The notes: generated by a model from the sequence alone, not told the origin. Shown: positions 25,885 through 35,653, numbered from the stretch's first letter. The stretch is DNA of 64,000 nucleotides from Pseudomonadota bacterium (GCA_021325135.1 JAJPHT010000013.1:99815-163814); one strand, 5' to 3'. Numbers and translations: made by a program.

Positions 25885-27177
25885 ATGCCCTACCGCGACC
25901 GGACGCACGCGGGCCAGGTCCTTGCGCGCTCGCTTGACCGCCACCGCGGCGCGGACGTGGTCGTCCTGGGCCTCCCGCGAGGCGGCGTCCCCGTCGCGGC
26001 CGAGATCGCCCGCGCCTTGGGCGCCCCTTTGGACGTGATGGTCGCGCGCAAGGTGGGCGCCCCGGGCAACCCCGAGTTCGGAGTCGGCGCCGTGGCGCCC
26101 GGCGGCGTGCGCATCGTGGACGCGCGTTCTCTCCTCATGCTGGGCCTCCCCGAGAGCGCGCTGGACCAGACGATCCACGACGAGACGCAAGAGATGGAGC
26201 GCCGCCTCCTGCTCTACCGCGGCGACCCGCGGCCCCCGGACGTCGCGGGGAAGACCGTCATCCTGGTGGACGACGGCCTGGCCACCGGCGTCACGGCGCA
26301 CGCGGCCATCGACTCGCTGCGCCAGCAGGGCCCCGCCCGCATCGTGCTCGCCGTGCCCGTGGGCGCGCCCGACGTCGTCGCGCGCCTCGCGGACCTCGTG
26401 GACGAGGTGGTCGTCCCCGAGCAGCCCGAGGACCTGCGCGCCGTGGGCCTCTGGTACGACGACTTCCGCCAGACGACCGACGCGGAGGTGATATCGCTCC
26501 TCGGGCCGCGGACGCGCAAGGTCCGCATCCCCGTGGACGGGGGCGAGATGCTCGGCGACCTCACGCTCCCCAACGGCGCCCAGGGGCTCGTCGTGTTCGC
26601 CCACGGCAGCGGCAGCGGGCGCCTCAGCCCGCGCAACCGCGCCGTCGCGCGTCGCCTCAACGAGGCGGGGCTGGGCACGCTCCTCCTGGACCTCCTCACG
26701 GAGGACGAGGAGCGCGCGAAGGACCTCCGTTTTGATATCCCCCTCCTCGCGGGCCGCGTCGGGGCGGCGCTGGCATGGGCGCGCGCGCAGCCCGACACGC
26801 AGGGCCTCGCCTTCGGCCTCTTCGGCGCGAGCACCGGCGCGGCCGCGGCCCTGGTCGCCGCGGCGGAGCGCCCCGCCGACGCGGCGGCCGTCGTCTCGCG
26901 CGGCGGACGGCCCGACCTCGCGGGCTCCGCGCTGCGCCGCGCCTACGCCCCCACGCTGCTCATCGTGGGCGGCGCCGACGGCGAGGTGGTGGACCTCAAC
27001 GAGGAGGCCTTCGAGCAGCTTCCCGGCGAGAAGCGCCTGGAGATCGTCCCCGGCGCCACGCACCTCTTCGAGGAGCTCGGCGCGCTGGAGCGGGTCGCCG
27101 ACCTCGCGGCGGCGTGGTTCTCGGATCACCTGGCGGGCCGCGAGCGCGTGACGCGCTCCTCCTCCACGAAGCGGTAG
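25885..27177 (+). CDS. Phosphoribosyltransferase fused to an alpha/beta hydrolase (dienelactone hydrolase-like)
   Basis: LGLPRGGVPVA, VILVDDGLATG; FAHGSGSGRLSPRN, GASTG, VSRGGRPD, GATHLFEE. Confidence 0.92.
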   Translation: MPYRDRTHAGQVLARSLDRHRGADVVVLGLPRGGVPVAAEIARALGAPLDVMVARKVGAPGNPEFGVGAVAPGGVRIVDARSLLMLGLPESALDQTIHDETQEMERRLLLYRGDPRPPDVAGKTVILVDDGLATGVTAHAAIDSLRQQGPARIVLAVPVGAPDVVARLADLVDEVVVPEQPEDLRAVGLWYDDFRQTTDAEVISLLGPRTRKVRIPVDGGEMLGDLTLPNGAQGLVVFAHGSGSGRLSPRNRAVARRLNEAGLGTLLLDLLTEDEERAKDLRFDIPLLAGRVGAALAWARAQPDTQGLAFGLFGASTGAAAALVAAAERPADAAAVVSRGGRPDLAGSALRRAYAPTLLIVGGADGEVVDLNEEAFEQLPGEKRLEIVPGATHLFEELGALERVADLAAAWFSDHLAGRERVTRSSSTKR

Positions 27178-28172
27178 TTCACGAGGTCGCGCTCGGTGGC
27201 GCCCGCCTCCGCGGCCATCCTCCGCGCACGCGCCAGGTGGAGCATCTCCCACGCGCTGTGGCCATCGCTGCCGAGGCTGAGCCGGCAGCCCATCTCCAGC
27301 GCGCGCTTGGCGAGGCGCACCGGCAGGTCGAGGCGGCCCGGGTTGCCGTTGACCTCCATGGCGACGCCGCGCTCTGCGGCCTTCTCGAAGATGGCGTCGA
27401 AGTCGAGGCTCGCTGCCGGCCGGCGGCCCGGCACCGCGGTCGTGGGGTGGCCCAGCGCGGTGAGGCGCGGGTCGTCCAGCGCGGCCAGCACGCGCGCCGT
27501 CTGCTCCTCCTTGGGCAGGCGAAGGCGCGAGTGCAGCGAGCCGATCACGTAGTCGAACCCCGCCAGGACGTCCGGGTCGTGATCGAGCCGGCCATCGCGC
27601 AGGATGTCGCACTCGGTCCCGCGCAGGATGCGGATGCGCGGGTGCGCCTCCTGCACGCGCTCGATGTCTGCCCACTGCATGAGCACCTCCTGGCGCGAGA
27701 GGCCGCGCGCGACGCGGAGGCTCCCCGAGTGGTCGCTGATGCCGATGGCCTTGGCGCCCAGGCGCTCCGCGAAGGCGACCACCTCGTCCAGCGTCATGGT
27801 GCCGTCGCTCCAGGTCGTGTGGCAGTGGAGGTCGGGCGCGTCGGGGAAGGGCGCGTCCACGGCCCAGCGCGGGATCGTCTTGACCTCGCTCTCGCCCGGC
27901 TGCGCCTCGGGCTCCTGCGCGAGCCACGCGGGGCGCTCGCCGGTGCGCGCGAACTCCTGGATCGTCCGCTCGATGGAGGGCCCGATGCCGGGGATGTCGC
28001 GCAGCCGGCCGCGGCGCAGCAGGTCCTCGAAGTCCTCCGTCCGCGCCACCTGGTTGGCCGCCCGCATGTACGCCCGCGAGCGGCCCAGGTCCCCGCGGCG
28101 CTTCCACGCGAGCCCCATCTGCGTGAGCAGGTCCACGGTGGCCTGGCGGACGAGATTCCCTCCGGTGGGCAT
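27126..28172 (-). CDS. PolX-like N-terminal HhH domain fused directly to a PHP phosphoesterase
   Basis: RAY.RAA, IPGIGPSI...I.EF..TG; DLHCHTTWSDG, ISDHS, GTECDI, SLHS, GHPT, EVNG, GSDGH. Confidence 0.88.
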   Translation of the reverse strand: MPTGGNLVRQATVDLLTQMGLAWKRRGDLGRSRAYMRAANQVARTEDFEDLLRRGRLRDIPGIGPSIERTIQEFARTGERPAWLAQEPEAQPGESEVKTIPRWAVDAPFPDAPDLHCHTTWSDGTMTLDEVVAFAERLGAKAIGISDHSGSLRVARGLSRQEVLMQWADIERVQEAHPRIRILRGTECDILRDGRLDHDPDVLAGFDYVIGSLHSRLRLPKEEQTARVLAALDDPRLTALGHPTTAVPGRRPAASLDFDAIFEKAAERGVAMEVNGNPGRLDLPVRLAKRALEMGCRLSLGSDGHSAWEMLHLARARRMAAEAGATERDLVNYRFVEEERVTRSRPAR

Positions 28173-28273
28173 CGTCCTTCCCTCGCCCCGCCCCTTCATG
28201 CGGCCTCTCGCCCCGGCGTCGATGCGGTTGCTGGAACGCGCGCCGTTATGCTCCCCCAGCGCGATTCCGGCCC

Positions 28274-29572
28274 GTGAGCCCGGACGACGCCCGCGCCCAG
28301 ACGCTTGCCCTCCTTGACGAGCTGCTCGGACCCTCCCCCCCGGAAGGCATCCGCGTCCGCCTCTGGGACGGGACCCTCTGGCCCGACGAGACGCCGGGCT
28401 TCGCGACGATCGCGCTGAAGCACCCGGGCGCCCTGCGCCGCATGCTCCTCCCGCCCACGCAGCTTGGCCTCGCCCAGGCGTACCTCCGCGACGACTTCGA
28501 CATGGAGGGGGACGTCGAGCGGCTGCTGGAGGCGGCCCTGGGCGCCGTGGGCTCGCTGGACAAGCCCTCCGTGCGCGCCCGCGCCGCGTGGCGCCTCGTC
28601 CGCCTGCCCGCCGCGCGCGCGTCGGGGCCGCAGCCCACCGTGCGCGCGCGCCTCCGCGGCCGGCGGCACTCCATCGAGCGCGACCGCCAGGCCATCCGCC
28701 ACCACTACGACGTGTCCAACGAGTTCTACCGCCTCTTCCTGGGCGAGCGCATGGTCTACTCGTGCGCGTACTTCGCGCGCCCCGGCATGACGCTGGACGA
28801 GGCGCAGGAGGCGAAACTCGACCTCGTGTGCCGCAAGCTGCGCCTCAAGCCCGGCCAGAAGCTCCTCGACGTGGGGTGCGGCTGGGGCGGCCTCGTCATC
28901 CACGCCGCGCAGCGCTACGGCGTGGACGCGACGGGCATCACCCTCTCGGAGCGCCAGGCGCAGGAGGCGCGCGAGCGCATCGCCAAGGCCGGCCTGGAGG
29001 GGCGCGCCCGCGTCCTCGTCAAGGACTACCGCGAGGTGGACGAGCCCGAGGCCTACGACGCCATCGCCAGCGTCGGCATGTTCGAGCACGTGGGCGAGTC
29101 GATGCTGCCCGCCTACTTCGCGCAGGCGTGCCGCCTGCTGAAGCCCCGCGGCGCGTTCCTCAACCACGGCATCGCGGTCCCGGGGGGCAAGTTCGGCGGC
29201 GACGCGCGCTCGTTCATCGAGCAGTACGTCTTCCCCGACGGCGAGCTGGTGCCCATCGACGCGACGCTGCGCGCCGCGGCGGGCGCCGGCTTCGAGGTGC
29301 GCGACGTGGAGAGCCTCCGCGAGCACTACGCCATCACGCTGCGCCACTGGGTCCGCAACCTGGAGGCGCGCCGCGCCGAGGCGCTCGCGCACGTGGACGA
29401 GGCGCGCTATCGCGTCTGGCGCCTCTACATGGCGGGCTCCGCCGGGAGCTTCGCCGCGGGGCGCATCAGCGTGTTCCAGACCCTGCTCTCAAAGCCAGAC
29501 TCCGAGGGCCGCTCCGGGCTCCCCATGACGCGCGAGGACTGGTACGCTCAGTCCCACTCGATGACCTCGTAG
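28274..29572 (+). CDS. cfa: Cyclopropane-fatty-acyl-phospholipid synthase-family SAM methyltransferase
   Basis: HHYDVSNEFY, MVYSCAYF, LDVGCGWGG, SVGMFEHVG, YVFPDG, HYAITLRHW, RVWRLYM. Confidence 0.9.
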   Translation: MSPDDARAQTLALLDELLGPSPPEGIRVRLWDGTLWPDETPGFATIALKHPGALRRMLLPPTQLGLAQAYLRDDFDMEGDVERLLEAALGAVGSLDKPSVRARAAWRLVRLPAARASGPQPTVRARLRGRRHSIERDRQAIRHHYDVSNEFYRLFLGERMVYSCAYFARPGMTLDEAQEAKLDLVCRKLRLKPGQKLLDVGCGWGGLVIHAAQRYGVDATGITLSERQAQEARERIAKAGLEGRARVLVKDYREVDEPEAYDAIASVGMFEHVGESMLPAYFAQACRLLKPRGAFLNHGIAVPGGKFGGDARSFIEQYVFPDGELVPIDATLRAAAGAGFEVRDVESLREHYAITLRHWVRNLEARRAEALAHVDEARYRVWRLYMAGSAGSFAAGRISVFQTLLSKPDSEGRSGLPMTREDWYAQSHSMTS

Positions 29573-29832
29573 AGCATGTGGTAGCGCCGCGTCTCGGGGT
29601 CCTGGCGCCCTCCCTGGATGCCCGTGTCCACGCCCGCGTTGTCGTGGAGCATGAACTGGATCTCGCTGAAGTCCTGGTCGATGCACTGGCCTTCGGGCAT
29701 GGCGCGGTCGGGGAAGGAGAGCGTGAAGCGGCCGGGCGCCTCGTAGGCCTCCAGCACGACGCGCTCGTCGGGGCGGCGGCCCAGGTTGAGGCGCGCCACC
29801 TCGTCCTCCAGGGTCTTGCGCTCCAGGGGCAT
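29548..29832 (-). CDS. Hypothetical protein (94 aa)
   Basis: GAGGTGA RBS upstream; coding-like codon use. Confidence 0.7.
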   Translation of the reverse strand: MPLERKTLEDEVARLNLGRRPDERVVLEAYEAPGRFTLSFPDRAMPEGQCIDQDFSEIQFMLHDNAGVDTGIQGGRQDPETRRYHMLYEVIEWD

Positions 29833-29841
29833 GATCTCACC

Positions 29842-30564
29842 TCACCGCGGCGCCGAGGGGATGGCGAAGGGGAACTTGACGTTCGTGCGCAGCGAGGACT
29901 TGTGCCGGTAGCTGGGCTCGTGCTGCGTGCGGTACCCCTTGTGGCGCCGCCAGAACTTCTTGTCCGTCCGCGCCTTGAGCCTTCGCAGCCGCTCGGCGTC
30001 CACGAGGAAGCCCAGGACGCCCACGGGCATGTAGACCGTGTAGTCGCGCTTGGGGTGCAGGCGGCCGTAGTTGTCCAGCGTGCGGTAGAGGCGCGCCATC
30101 ATGCGGTCCGTCTCCTTCTGCGCGAAGACGAACGCCTCGCCGCTCTGGAGCCGGTTGCGGGGGCACCACTCGTCCACCTCCACCACGACGCCGTAGGCGC
30201 GGCAGATCGCCGGGCGGAACGGGTAGATGGTGCAGCCGTCCTCGAAGAACGCGCACATGTGGTCGCCGACGCTCTCGTCCCACGTCCAGGACTCGTCCTC
30301 CAGCGCGTGCTCCAGCCGCTCGACCACGGCCTCCAGCCCGTCGGGGTCGCCCTCGTAGGTGGCCAGGACGTGCCGCGCGACGTTCTCGCACTCCATGACG
30401 TGCAGCTGGAGGCCGACCTTGCAGCAGTGCCCGCTGCGCTGGCAGCCGTAGGGCGTGGCGTTGTGGACGTCCTGCACTTCGGTGAGGTCGCCGTAGGAGG
30501 CCTCCAGCAGGCGGAAGAGCTCCTCGCGGCGACGGGCGAGGAACGCCTGGCGGGACTCGGGCAC
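29842..30564 (-). CDS. YkgJ/CxxCxxCC-family Fe-S or Zn cluster protein
   Basis: CQRSGHCC, CAFF..GCTIYPFRPAICRAY. Confidence 0.85.
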   Translation of the reverse strand: MPESRQAFLARRREELFRLLEASYGDLTEVQDVHNATPYGCQRSGHCCKVGLQLHVMECENVARHVLATYEGDPDGLEAVVERLEHALEDESWTWDESVGDHMCAFFEDGCTIYPFRPAICRAYGVVVEVDEWCPRNRLQSGEAFVFAQKETDRMMARLYRTLDNYGRLHPKRDYTVYMPVGVLGFLVDAERLRRLKARTDKKFWRRHKGYRTQHEPSYRHKSSLRTNVKFPFAIPSAPR

Positions 30565-30602
30565 GGCGGCGCGAGAAGAGGCTTGCGCCTTGAGGTTTGG
30601 GG

Positions 30603-31238
30603 CTAGGGCGGAGGCGGGGCGGAGGCCGCATCCTTCTCCGCCTTCTTCGCCATCCGGTAGCGGTAGACGCCGATGGCGACGACGAACACGGCGAGGAGGA
30701 GCACCAGCGAGCCGCGGCCCAGGGCGCGCTCCACCTGGCGGTATGAGCGGCCGAAGAGGACGCCGGCTCCGATGAGCACGGTGCACCAGAGGACGCAGCC
30801 CAGGAGCTCCCAGAAGAGGAAGCGCCACCACTGGACGCGCGAGGCGCCTGCAAGGGGCGGCGCGAGGGCGCGGGCGGGGCCGAGGAACTTGCCCAGCGTC
30901 ATGGTCTTCCCGATGTGCTCGGCGAGGCCCTCGCTCACGGCCTCCGCGCGGCTGGCGAACTGCTTGGGAAGCCGCTTGAGCAGGCGCAGCCCGTAGCGGC
31001 GGCCCAGCGCGAAGGCGACGACGTCGGCGGTGAAGAGCGACGCGATCGCGACGACGAGGAGCCACGAGACGTGAAGCTCCCGCTGCGCCGCGAGGAAGCC
31101 CGCGCCCAGGAGGAAGAGCTGCGCCGGGATGAGGGCGCCCACCACGGGCACGGCCTCGAAGAGGAGCACGAGGCTCACGATGAGGTAGGCCCACCGGCCC
31201 GACTCGGAGAGGACCTGGTCCGGGGGCGGCATCGCCAT
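30603..31238 (-). CDS. DedA-family membrane protein
   Basis: E...VGALIP, D...F.LGRRYG, GKFLGPARALAPPLAG...WWRF. Confidence 0.9.
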   Translation of the reverse strand: MAMPPPDQVLSESGRWAYLIVSLVLLFEAVPVVGALIPAQLFLLGAGFLAAQRELHVSWLLVVAIASLFTADVVAFALGRRYGLRLLKRLPKQFASRAEAVSEGLAEHIGKTMTLGKFLGPARALAPPLAGASRVQWWRFLFWELLGCVLWCTVLIGAGVLFGRSYRQVERALGRGSLVLLLAVFVVAIGVYRYRMAKKAEKDAASAPPPP

Positions 31239-31247
31239 GGCGCCACC

Positions 31248-31820
31248 TCACTTCCGGCAGGCCTGGATGAAGTTGCGGAAGATGCGCTCGCCGTGCTGCG
31301 TGTGCTCGACCTCAGGGTGGAACTGGAGGCCGAAGCGCGGAAGGACCTCGTGCTCGATCGCCTGGACGGGGCACGAGGCGGAGTGCGCGGTCACGCGGAA
31401 CCCCTTGGGGACCTCGACGACCTCGTCGTTGTGCGACTCCCAGACGATGCTGCGCTCGGGGAGCCCCGCGAGGATGCGGCCGCCGGTGGGGTCGTCCAGG
31501 ATCATCTCCATCTTGCCGAACTCGGGGACCTTGCCAGGCGCGCAGCGGCCGCCGTAGTGCGTGGCCATGAACTGCTCGCCCGCGCAGATGCCCAGGATGG
31601 GGTAGGGCGCGCGGTCGAGGAACGTCGCGCAGTTGCCCAGCGCGTGCTGAAGGCCGACGCGCGGCGCGCCGCCCGAGAGCACCAGGCCGTCGAGGTCCTG
31701 GAGCTTCTCCCAGGGGGTGTCGTTGGGGACGATCTCCGACTCCACGTCGAGGTACTTCAGGACGCGCCACTCGCGGTGGGTCCATTGGCCGCCGTTGTCC
31801 ACGACGTAGATGCGAACCAT
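31248..31820 (-). CDS. guaAA: GMP synthase glutamine amidotransferase subunit A, copy 1
   Basis: VVDNGGQWTHREWRVL, LSGG, PILGICAG, WESHNDEV, QFHPEVEHT..G..IFRNF. Confidence 0.93.
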   Translation of the reverse strand: MVRIYVVDNGGQWTHREWRVLKYLDVESEIVPNDTPWEKLQDLDGLVLSGGAPRVGLQHALGNCATFLDRAPYPILGICAGEQFMATHYGGRCAPGKVPEFGKMEMILDDPTGGRILAGLPERSIVWESHNDEVVEVPKGFRVTAHSASCPVQAIEHEVLPRFGLQFHPEVEHTQHGERIFRNFIQACRK

Positions 31821-31891
31821 GGGGAGCCGCCTCGGCGCGCGTCCATTCGGCCCCCTGCCTTAAAGGCTTCCGAGGCGGGCGAGGGCGAGCC

Positions 31892-32464
31892 TTACATCCG
31901 GCACGCCGCGATGAAGTTCCGGAACACCGTCTCGCCGTGCTCCGTGTGCTCGACCTCGGGGTGGAACTGCACCGCGAAGCGCGGCTGCGTCTCGTGCTCC
32001 ATGGCCTGCATGGCGCAGTTGTCGCTGCGCGCGAGGAGGCGGAACCCGCGGGGCACGACGGAGACCTCGTCGTTGTGCGACTCCCACACCGTGCTCACCT
32101 TCGGGAAGCCCGCGAGGATGCGGCCCCCCGTCTCGTCCACGAGGGAAAGCCTGGCCTTGCCGAACTCGGGCGCCTTGGCCGGGGCGAGCGTGCCGCCGTA
32201 GTGCAGGCCCATGACCTGCGCGCCGGCGCAGATGCCCAGGATGGGGCAGGAGAGCTTGGCCAGGTAGGTGGGGTTCTCGCCCATGGTCTCCAGGGTGACG
32301 CCGCTGGGCGCGCCGCCGGAGAGCACGAGGCCGTCCACGTCCGCGAGCTTCTCCCACGGGGTTTCGCGGGGCACGATCTCGGTGTCCACGCCGAGGTACT
32401 TCAGCACGCGCCACTCGCGGTGGGTCCACTGGCCGCCGTTGTCGACGACGAGGATGCGGACCAT
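31892..32464 (-). CDS. guaAA: GMP synthase glutamine amidotransferase subunit A, copy 2
   Basis: Same motifs and length as copy 1; own TATA-like box (GTTTAAAC) about 25 nt upstream. Confidence 0.93.
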   Translation of the reverse strand: MVRILVVDNGGQWTHREWRVLKYLGVDTEIVPRETPWEKLADVDGLVLSGGAPSGVTLETMGENPTYLAKLSCPILGICAGAQVMGLHYGGTLAPAKAPEFGKARLSLVDETGGRILAGFPKVSTVWESHNDEVSVVPRGFRLLARSDNCAMQAMEHETQPRFAVQFHPEVEHTEHGETVFRNFIAACRM

Positions 32465-32547
32465 CGCTCGCCAATGCGGGCGTCCGCGTTTAAACATGCC
32501 CCGCCGAAGCCGACAGCCTCATGCCCGCTTCCCGCCGAGCCCCGAGC

Positions 32548-32889
32548 ATGGCCATGAGCCTGAGGCCGTTGGGCTGGATGGCCACGCTGTTCCTCTGCCT
32601 GGCCGTGATGGACCTCGCCTACGTCGACCCCGGGCTGGGGCGCATGGTGGGGATCGTGCTGGCGGTGGCGGCGCTCGCCGCGCTCTGGCTCCTCGTGCTG
32701 CTGGACGTGCTCCAGCGCCGCGACCTCGCCGCGGGGCAGAAGCTCCTCTGGGGCCTGCTGGGGCTCCTCTCTCCCGTGGGGCCTGGCGTCTACTACGTCG
32801 TGCGCCGCCGCCTCGCGCGCCCCGCGCCTCCTCCCCGGGAGCGGCCGCCCAGCGCGTACCGAGTGCACGACCCGTTCCACCGCCACTGA
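32548..32889 (+). CDS. Membrane protein with a PLDc_N-like domain
   Basis: LW...LDVLQR.D.....KLLW.......PVG...YY pattern. Confidence 0.7.
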   Translation: MAMSLRPLGWMATLFLCLAVMDLAYVDPGLGRMVGIVLAVAALAALWLLVLLDVLQRRDLAAGQKLLWGLLGLLSPVGPGVYYVVRRRLARPAPPPRERPPSAYRVHDPFHRH

Positions 32890-33008
32890 TCCGTTTGCGG
32901 GGCAAACACTCGCTCCGTGATGCCTTCCGGCGACGTGGGAGAGCGCGGCGCTCGCCGTGCTCGCGGTCGCGGCCCTCGGCTTCGCGGCGCCGCCTCGAAC
33001 GCCTCCGC

Positions 33009-33821
33009 CTAGGGCGGCATGGCGCGCAGGAGGTTGCGCGCCATGTTCACGTTCGAGAACTCGCCCGCCGAGATCCACGTGATCGTCTGCTCGCGCCCGA
33101 GCAGCTCGCGCGCGATCCGGTGGGCGGTCCACCCTTTCTCCTTCAGCGCGTGCGCCCGGCGCCGCAGGCCGTCGAAGTGGTCCGCCGTCTCCATGAGGCG
33201 CTTGCGCGGCCGCTCCACGATGGGCCCGTGCGCGGGGTAGAGCACCACGGGGTCGATCTCCGCCATGCGGCGCAAGCTATCAATCTCCGTGGCGACGTCC
33301 TCCGCGAGCCGCGCCGCGCGGAACTTCCCCATGTACGCGTCGCCCGAGAAAAGCGCGCCCGTCGACTCGTCGAGGTACGCGACGTGGTCCGCGCTGTGGC
33401 CCGGCGTGGGGACGACGCGGAACGAGCGCCCTCCGGCGCGGATCGTCCCCTGCGCGGGCCTCGCGCCCATGCCCTTCTCCCTGGGGTAGCCCCAGAAGAC
33501 CTGGCGGTACGCGGGGAAGGGCGGCGTGCCCTCGGCGAGGAAGCGCGTGGCCAGGGGCGGCGCGAACGTCTCCACCTCGGGGCCCAGGAGCGCGTGGTTG
33601 CCCACGTGGTCCTCGTGCTCGTGGGTGGTGAGGCACGCGCGCACGGGGCGCGACGCGAGGAAGCGCGCGACCTCGCGGCGGGCGCGCGACATGCCGGAGT
33701 CCACGAGCACGTCGCCCGCGCGGTAGACGCTCACCCAGACCTTGAGCGCGCCGGGGACCGCGAGCGCCGCGTGGTGGCGCTCCACGTCGCCGTGCCGCTC
33801 CAGCCGCTCCGCGATGGGCAC
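33009..33821 (-). CDS. Metallo-beta-lactamase-fold hydrolase
   Basis: LVDSG, THEHEDHVG, TPGHSADH, FSGD, PAHG. Confidence 0.9.
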   Translation of the reverse strand: MPIAERLERHGDVERHHAALAVPGALKVWVSVYRAGDVLVDSGMSRARREVARFLASRPVRACLTTHEHEDHVGNHALLGPEVETFAPPLATRFLAEGTPPFPAYRQVFWGYPREKGMGARPAQGTIRAGGRSFRVVPTPGHSADHVAYLDESTGALFSGDAYMGKFRAARLAEDVATEIDSLRRMAEIDPVVLYPAHGPIVERPRKRLMETADHFDGLRRRAHALKEKGWTAHRIARELLGREQTITWISAGEFSNVNMARNLLRAMPP

Positions 33822-33867
33822 GCCCAGGCATCCGCCGCCCGGGGCCATGGGTCTTTTCCCTTCGCCG

Positions 33868-34440
33868 CTACCGGTCCTGCGGGGCCCGGCGGTTCGCCAG
33901 CGCGTGGCGGATGAGCGCGCCGTAGCGCTGCGCGAGGTCGGCCGAGAGCACGGCGATGGCGAGCACGTAGAGCCACGGGTTGAGGCCCCAGAGGATGCCG
34001 TAGAAGGTCACGACGACGCCCACGGTGCCCGACGTGCGCGAGAGCCGGTTGTGGACGCCCAGGGCGCCCAGCGCGCGCTGCGAGAGGAAGTTCGCCGAGA
34101 CGTAGAGCACGGCGAAGGCGAGGATGATGGGCAGGTTCGCCATCACGAGGTCGGGCCGGAAGAGCCACGTCCAGACGGGCAGGCTCGCGTAGAAGACGAG
34201 GTCCGCCGCGCTGTCCACGTTGGCGCCGAAGCGCGACGCGGTGCCGAGATATCGCGCCAGCGGCCCGTCGAGCACGTCGGTGAGGACGGCGAGGAGGACG
34301 AGGATGGCGAACTGCGGCGCGTCGCGGCGCCAGGCGGCGCCGTAGGTCAGCCCCACGAACGCGACGCGGAGGAAGGAGAGCGCGTGCGGCAGGTAGCCGA
34401 CCAGCCGGGGGCGCGCCGCGCCGACTCTGCTCGTCTCCAC
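33868..34440 (-). CDS. CDP-alcohol phosphatidyltransferase family
   Basis: P..LS..R, TDVLDGPLAR.....SRFGANVDSAAD signature. Confidence 0.9.
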   Translation of the reverse strand: METSRVGAARPRLVGYLPHALSFLRVAFVGLTYGAAWRRDAPQFAILVLLAVLTDVLDGPLARYLGTASRFGANVDSAADLVFYASLPVWTWLFRPDLVMANLPIILAFAVLYVSANFLSQRALGALGVHNRLSRTSGTVGVVVTFYGILWGLNPWLYVLAIAVLSADLAQRYGALIRHALANRRAPQDR

Positions 34441-34495
34441 GCTCACGGGAGGAAAGGGTCCGCTACTTAACCGCTGCTGGACATCGCGCGATGCG

Positions 34496-35653
34496 TCACG
34501 GCTCCAGCGTGTAGCCCTCGCGGATCTCGAAGGGCGCCCCCATGCGGCCGGCAAAGCGGGCGGGGTCGAACGCGCTGATATCAACCCGTGGCTGGCGGCG
34601 CAGGAGAAGGGCCGCCAGCGCCTCGCCCGCCGCGGGCGCGCGCATGAAGCCGTGGCCGTTGCCGCCCGCGAGGAGCCAGAGGCCTGGAGCGTCCGGGTGC
34701 GGGCCCGCCAGCAGCAGGCGGTCCGGCGTGGCCGCGTCGACCCCCGCCCACCCCTCGGTGGGGCGCGCGGCGGCGAGGCCCGGCAGGCGGTGGGCGAGGC
34801 GGTGGCGCGAGGCGGAGAGGAACGCCTCGTCCGCGTCCTGCCGGTAGCGGTCCGGGTCCTCGGGCATCGTCGTCGTGCCGTCCCCCACGAGGAGCTGGCC
34901 GGGCCACGCGGGACGCAGGTAGAACCCCTGCGTCTCGTCGTGGAGGATGGGCACCTCGTGGGCGCCCGGCGCGGCGAAGCGCTGCGCCTGCGTGCGGTAG
35001 GGCAGGAGCGGCGCGTCGAGGCCCGCCTGCCGCAGGAGGCCGCGCGTCCACACGCCCGCCGCGAGCACGACGGCGTCGGCGTCCACGACCTTCCCTCCGG
35101 CGCGCAGCGCGATGCGGTCGCCCTCGCGCGCGAGGCTCGCGGGCGCGGAGACGACCTCGCCGCCCATGGCCTCCACCTGGAACGCGCGGGCCTCGCAGAG
35201 CATCCGCGGGAGCGCCCACCCGTCGCGCGGGTAGTGGATGCCCAAGGCCACGTCGTCCAGCCGGAGGCCCGCGTGGCGGGGCAGCTTCCGCAGCGCGTCG
35301 GGGTCCATCACCTGGGCGTCCGCGCCGTGCCGTCGCTGAAAGGCCGCGATGCGCTCCGCGGCGTCGGCCTGCGACGCGGTGACCAGCGTCGTGCTGCCCA
35401 CGGGGTACCAGCGGAAGGGCCACCCCTCCTCCTCCCCTTGCTTGGTCAGGGCGTCCAGCATCTCCATGGTGCGCCGGACCAGGGCCAGGCTCGTCTCGTG
35501 CCACATGCCTTCGCAGACGAGGCCCGCGCCGCGGCTGCTGGTGCCGCCCCCGATGGGGCCCCCCTCGACGAGGACGACCTCCGCGCCCGCCTCCAGCAGG
35601 TGGTACGCCGCCGAGGCCCCCAGGACCCCGCTCCCCACCACCGCGACGCGCAT
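34496..35653 (-). CDS. FAD-dependent amine/amino-acid oxidoreductase (DAO/sarcosine oxidase-like)
   Basis: VVGSGVLG, GTSSRGAG, LAAGVW, WAG..ATPD, GHGFMRAPA.G. Confidence 0.9.
   Translation of the reverse strand: MRVAVVGSGVLGASAAYHLLEAGAEVVLVEGGPIGGGTSSRGAGLVCEGMWHETSLALVRRTMEMLDALTKQGEEEGWPFRWYPVGSTTLVTASQADAAERIAAFQRRHGADAQVMDPDALRKLPRHAGLRLDDVALGIHYPRDGWALPRMLCEARAFQVEAMGGEVVSAPASLAREGDRIALRAGGKVVDADAVVLAAGVWTRGLLRQAGLDAPLLPYRTQAQRFAAPGAHEVPILHDETQGFYLRPAWPGQLLVGDGTTTMPEDPDRYRQDADEAFLSASRHRLAHRLPGLAAARPTEGWAGVDAATPDRLLLAGPHPDAPGLWLLAGGNGHGFMRAPAAGEALAALLLRRQPRVDISAFDPARFAGRMGAPFEIREGYTLEP

Noticed and set aside
27142-27158. Both overlapping convergent genes encode ERVTRS near their C-termini
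   Set aside because: Explained by a short near-palindrome (GAGCGCGT-G-ACGCGCTC) in the overlap; likely a hairpin or chance.
32890-33011. Short ORF or TM-like fragment
   Set aside because: No consistent start and frame; at most a gene remnant.
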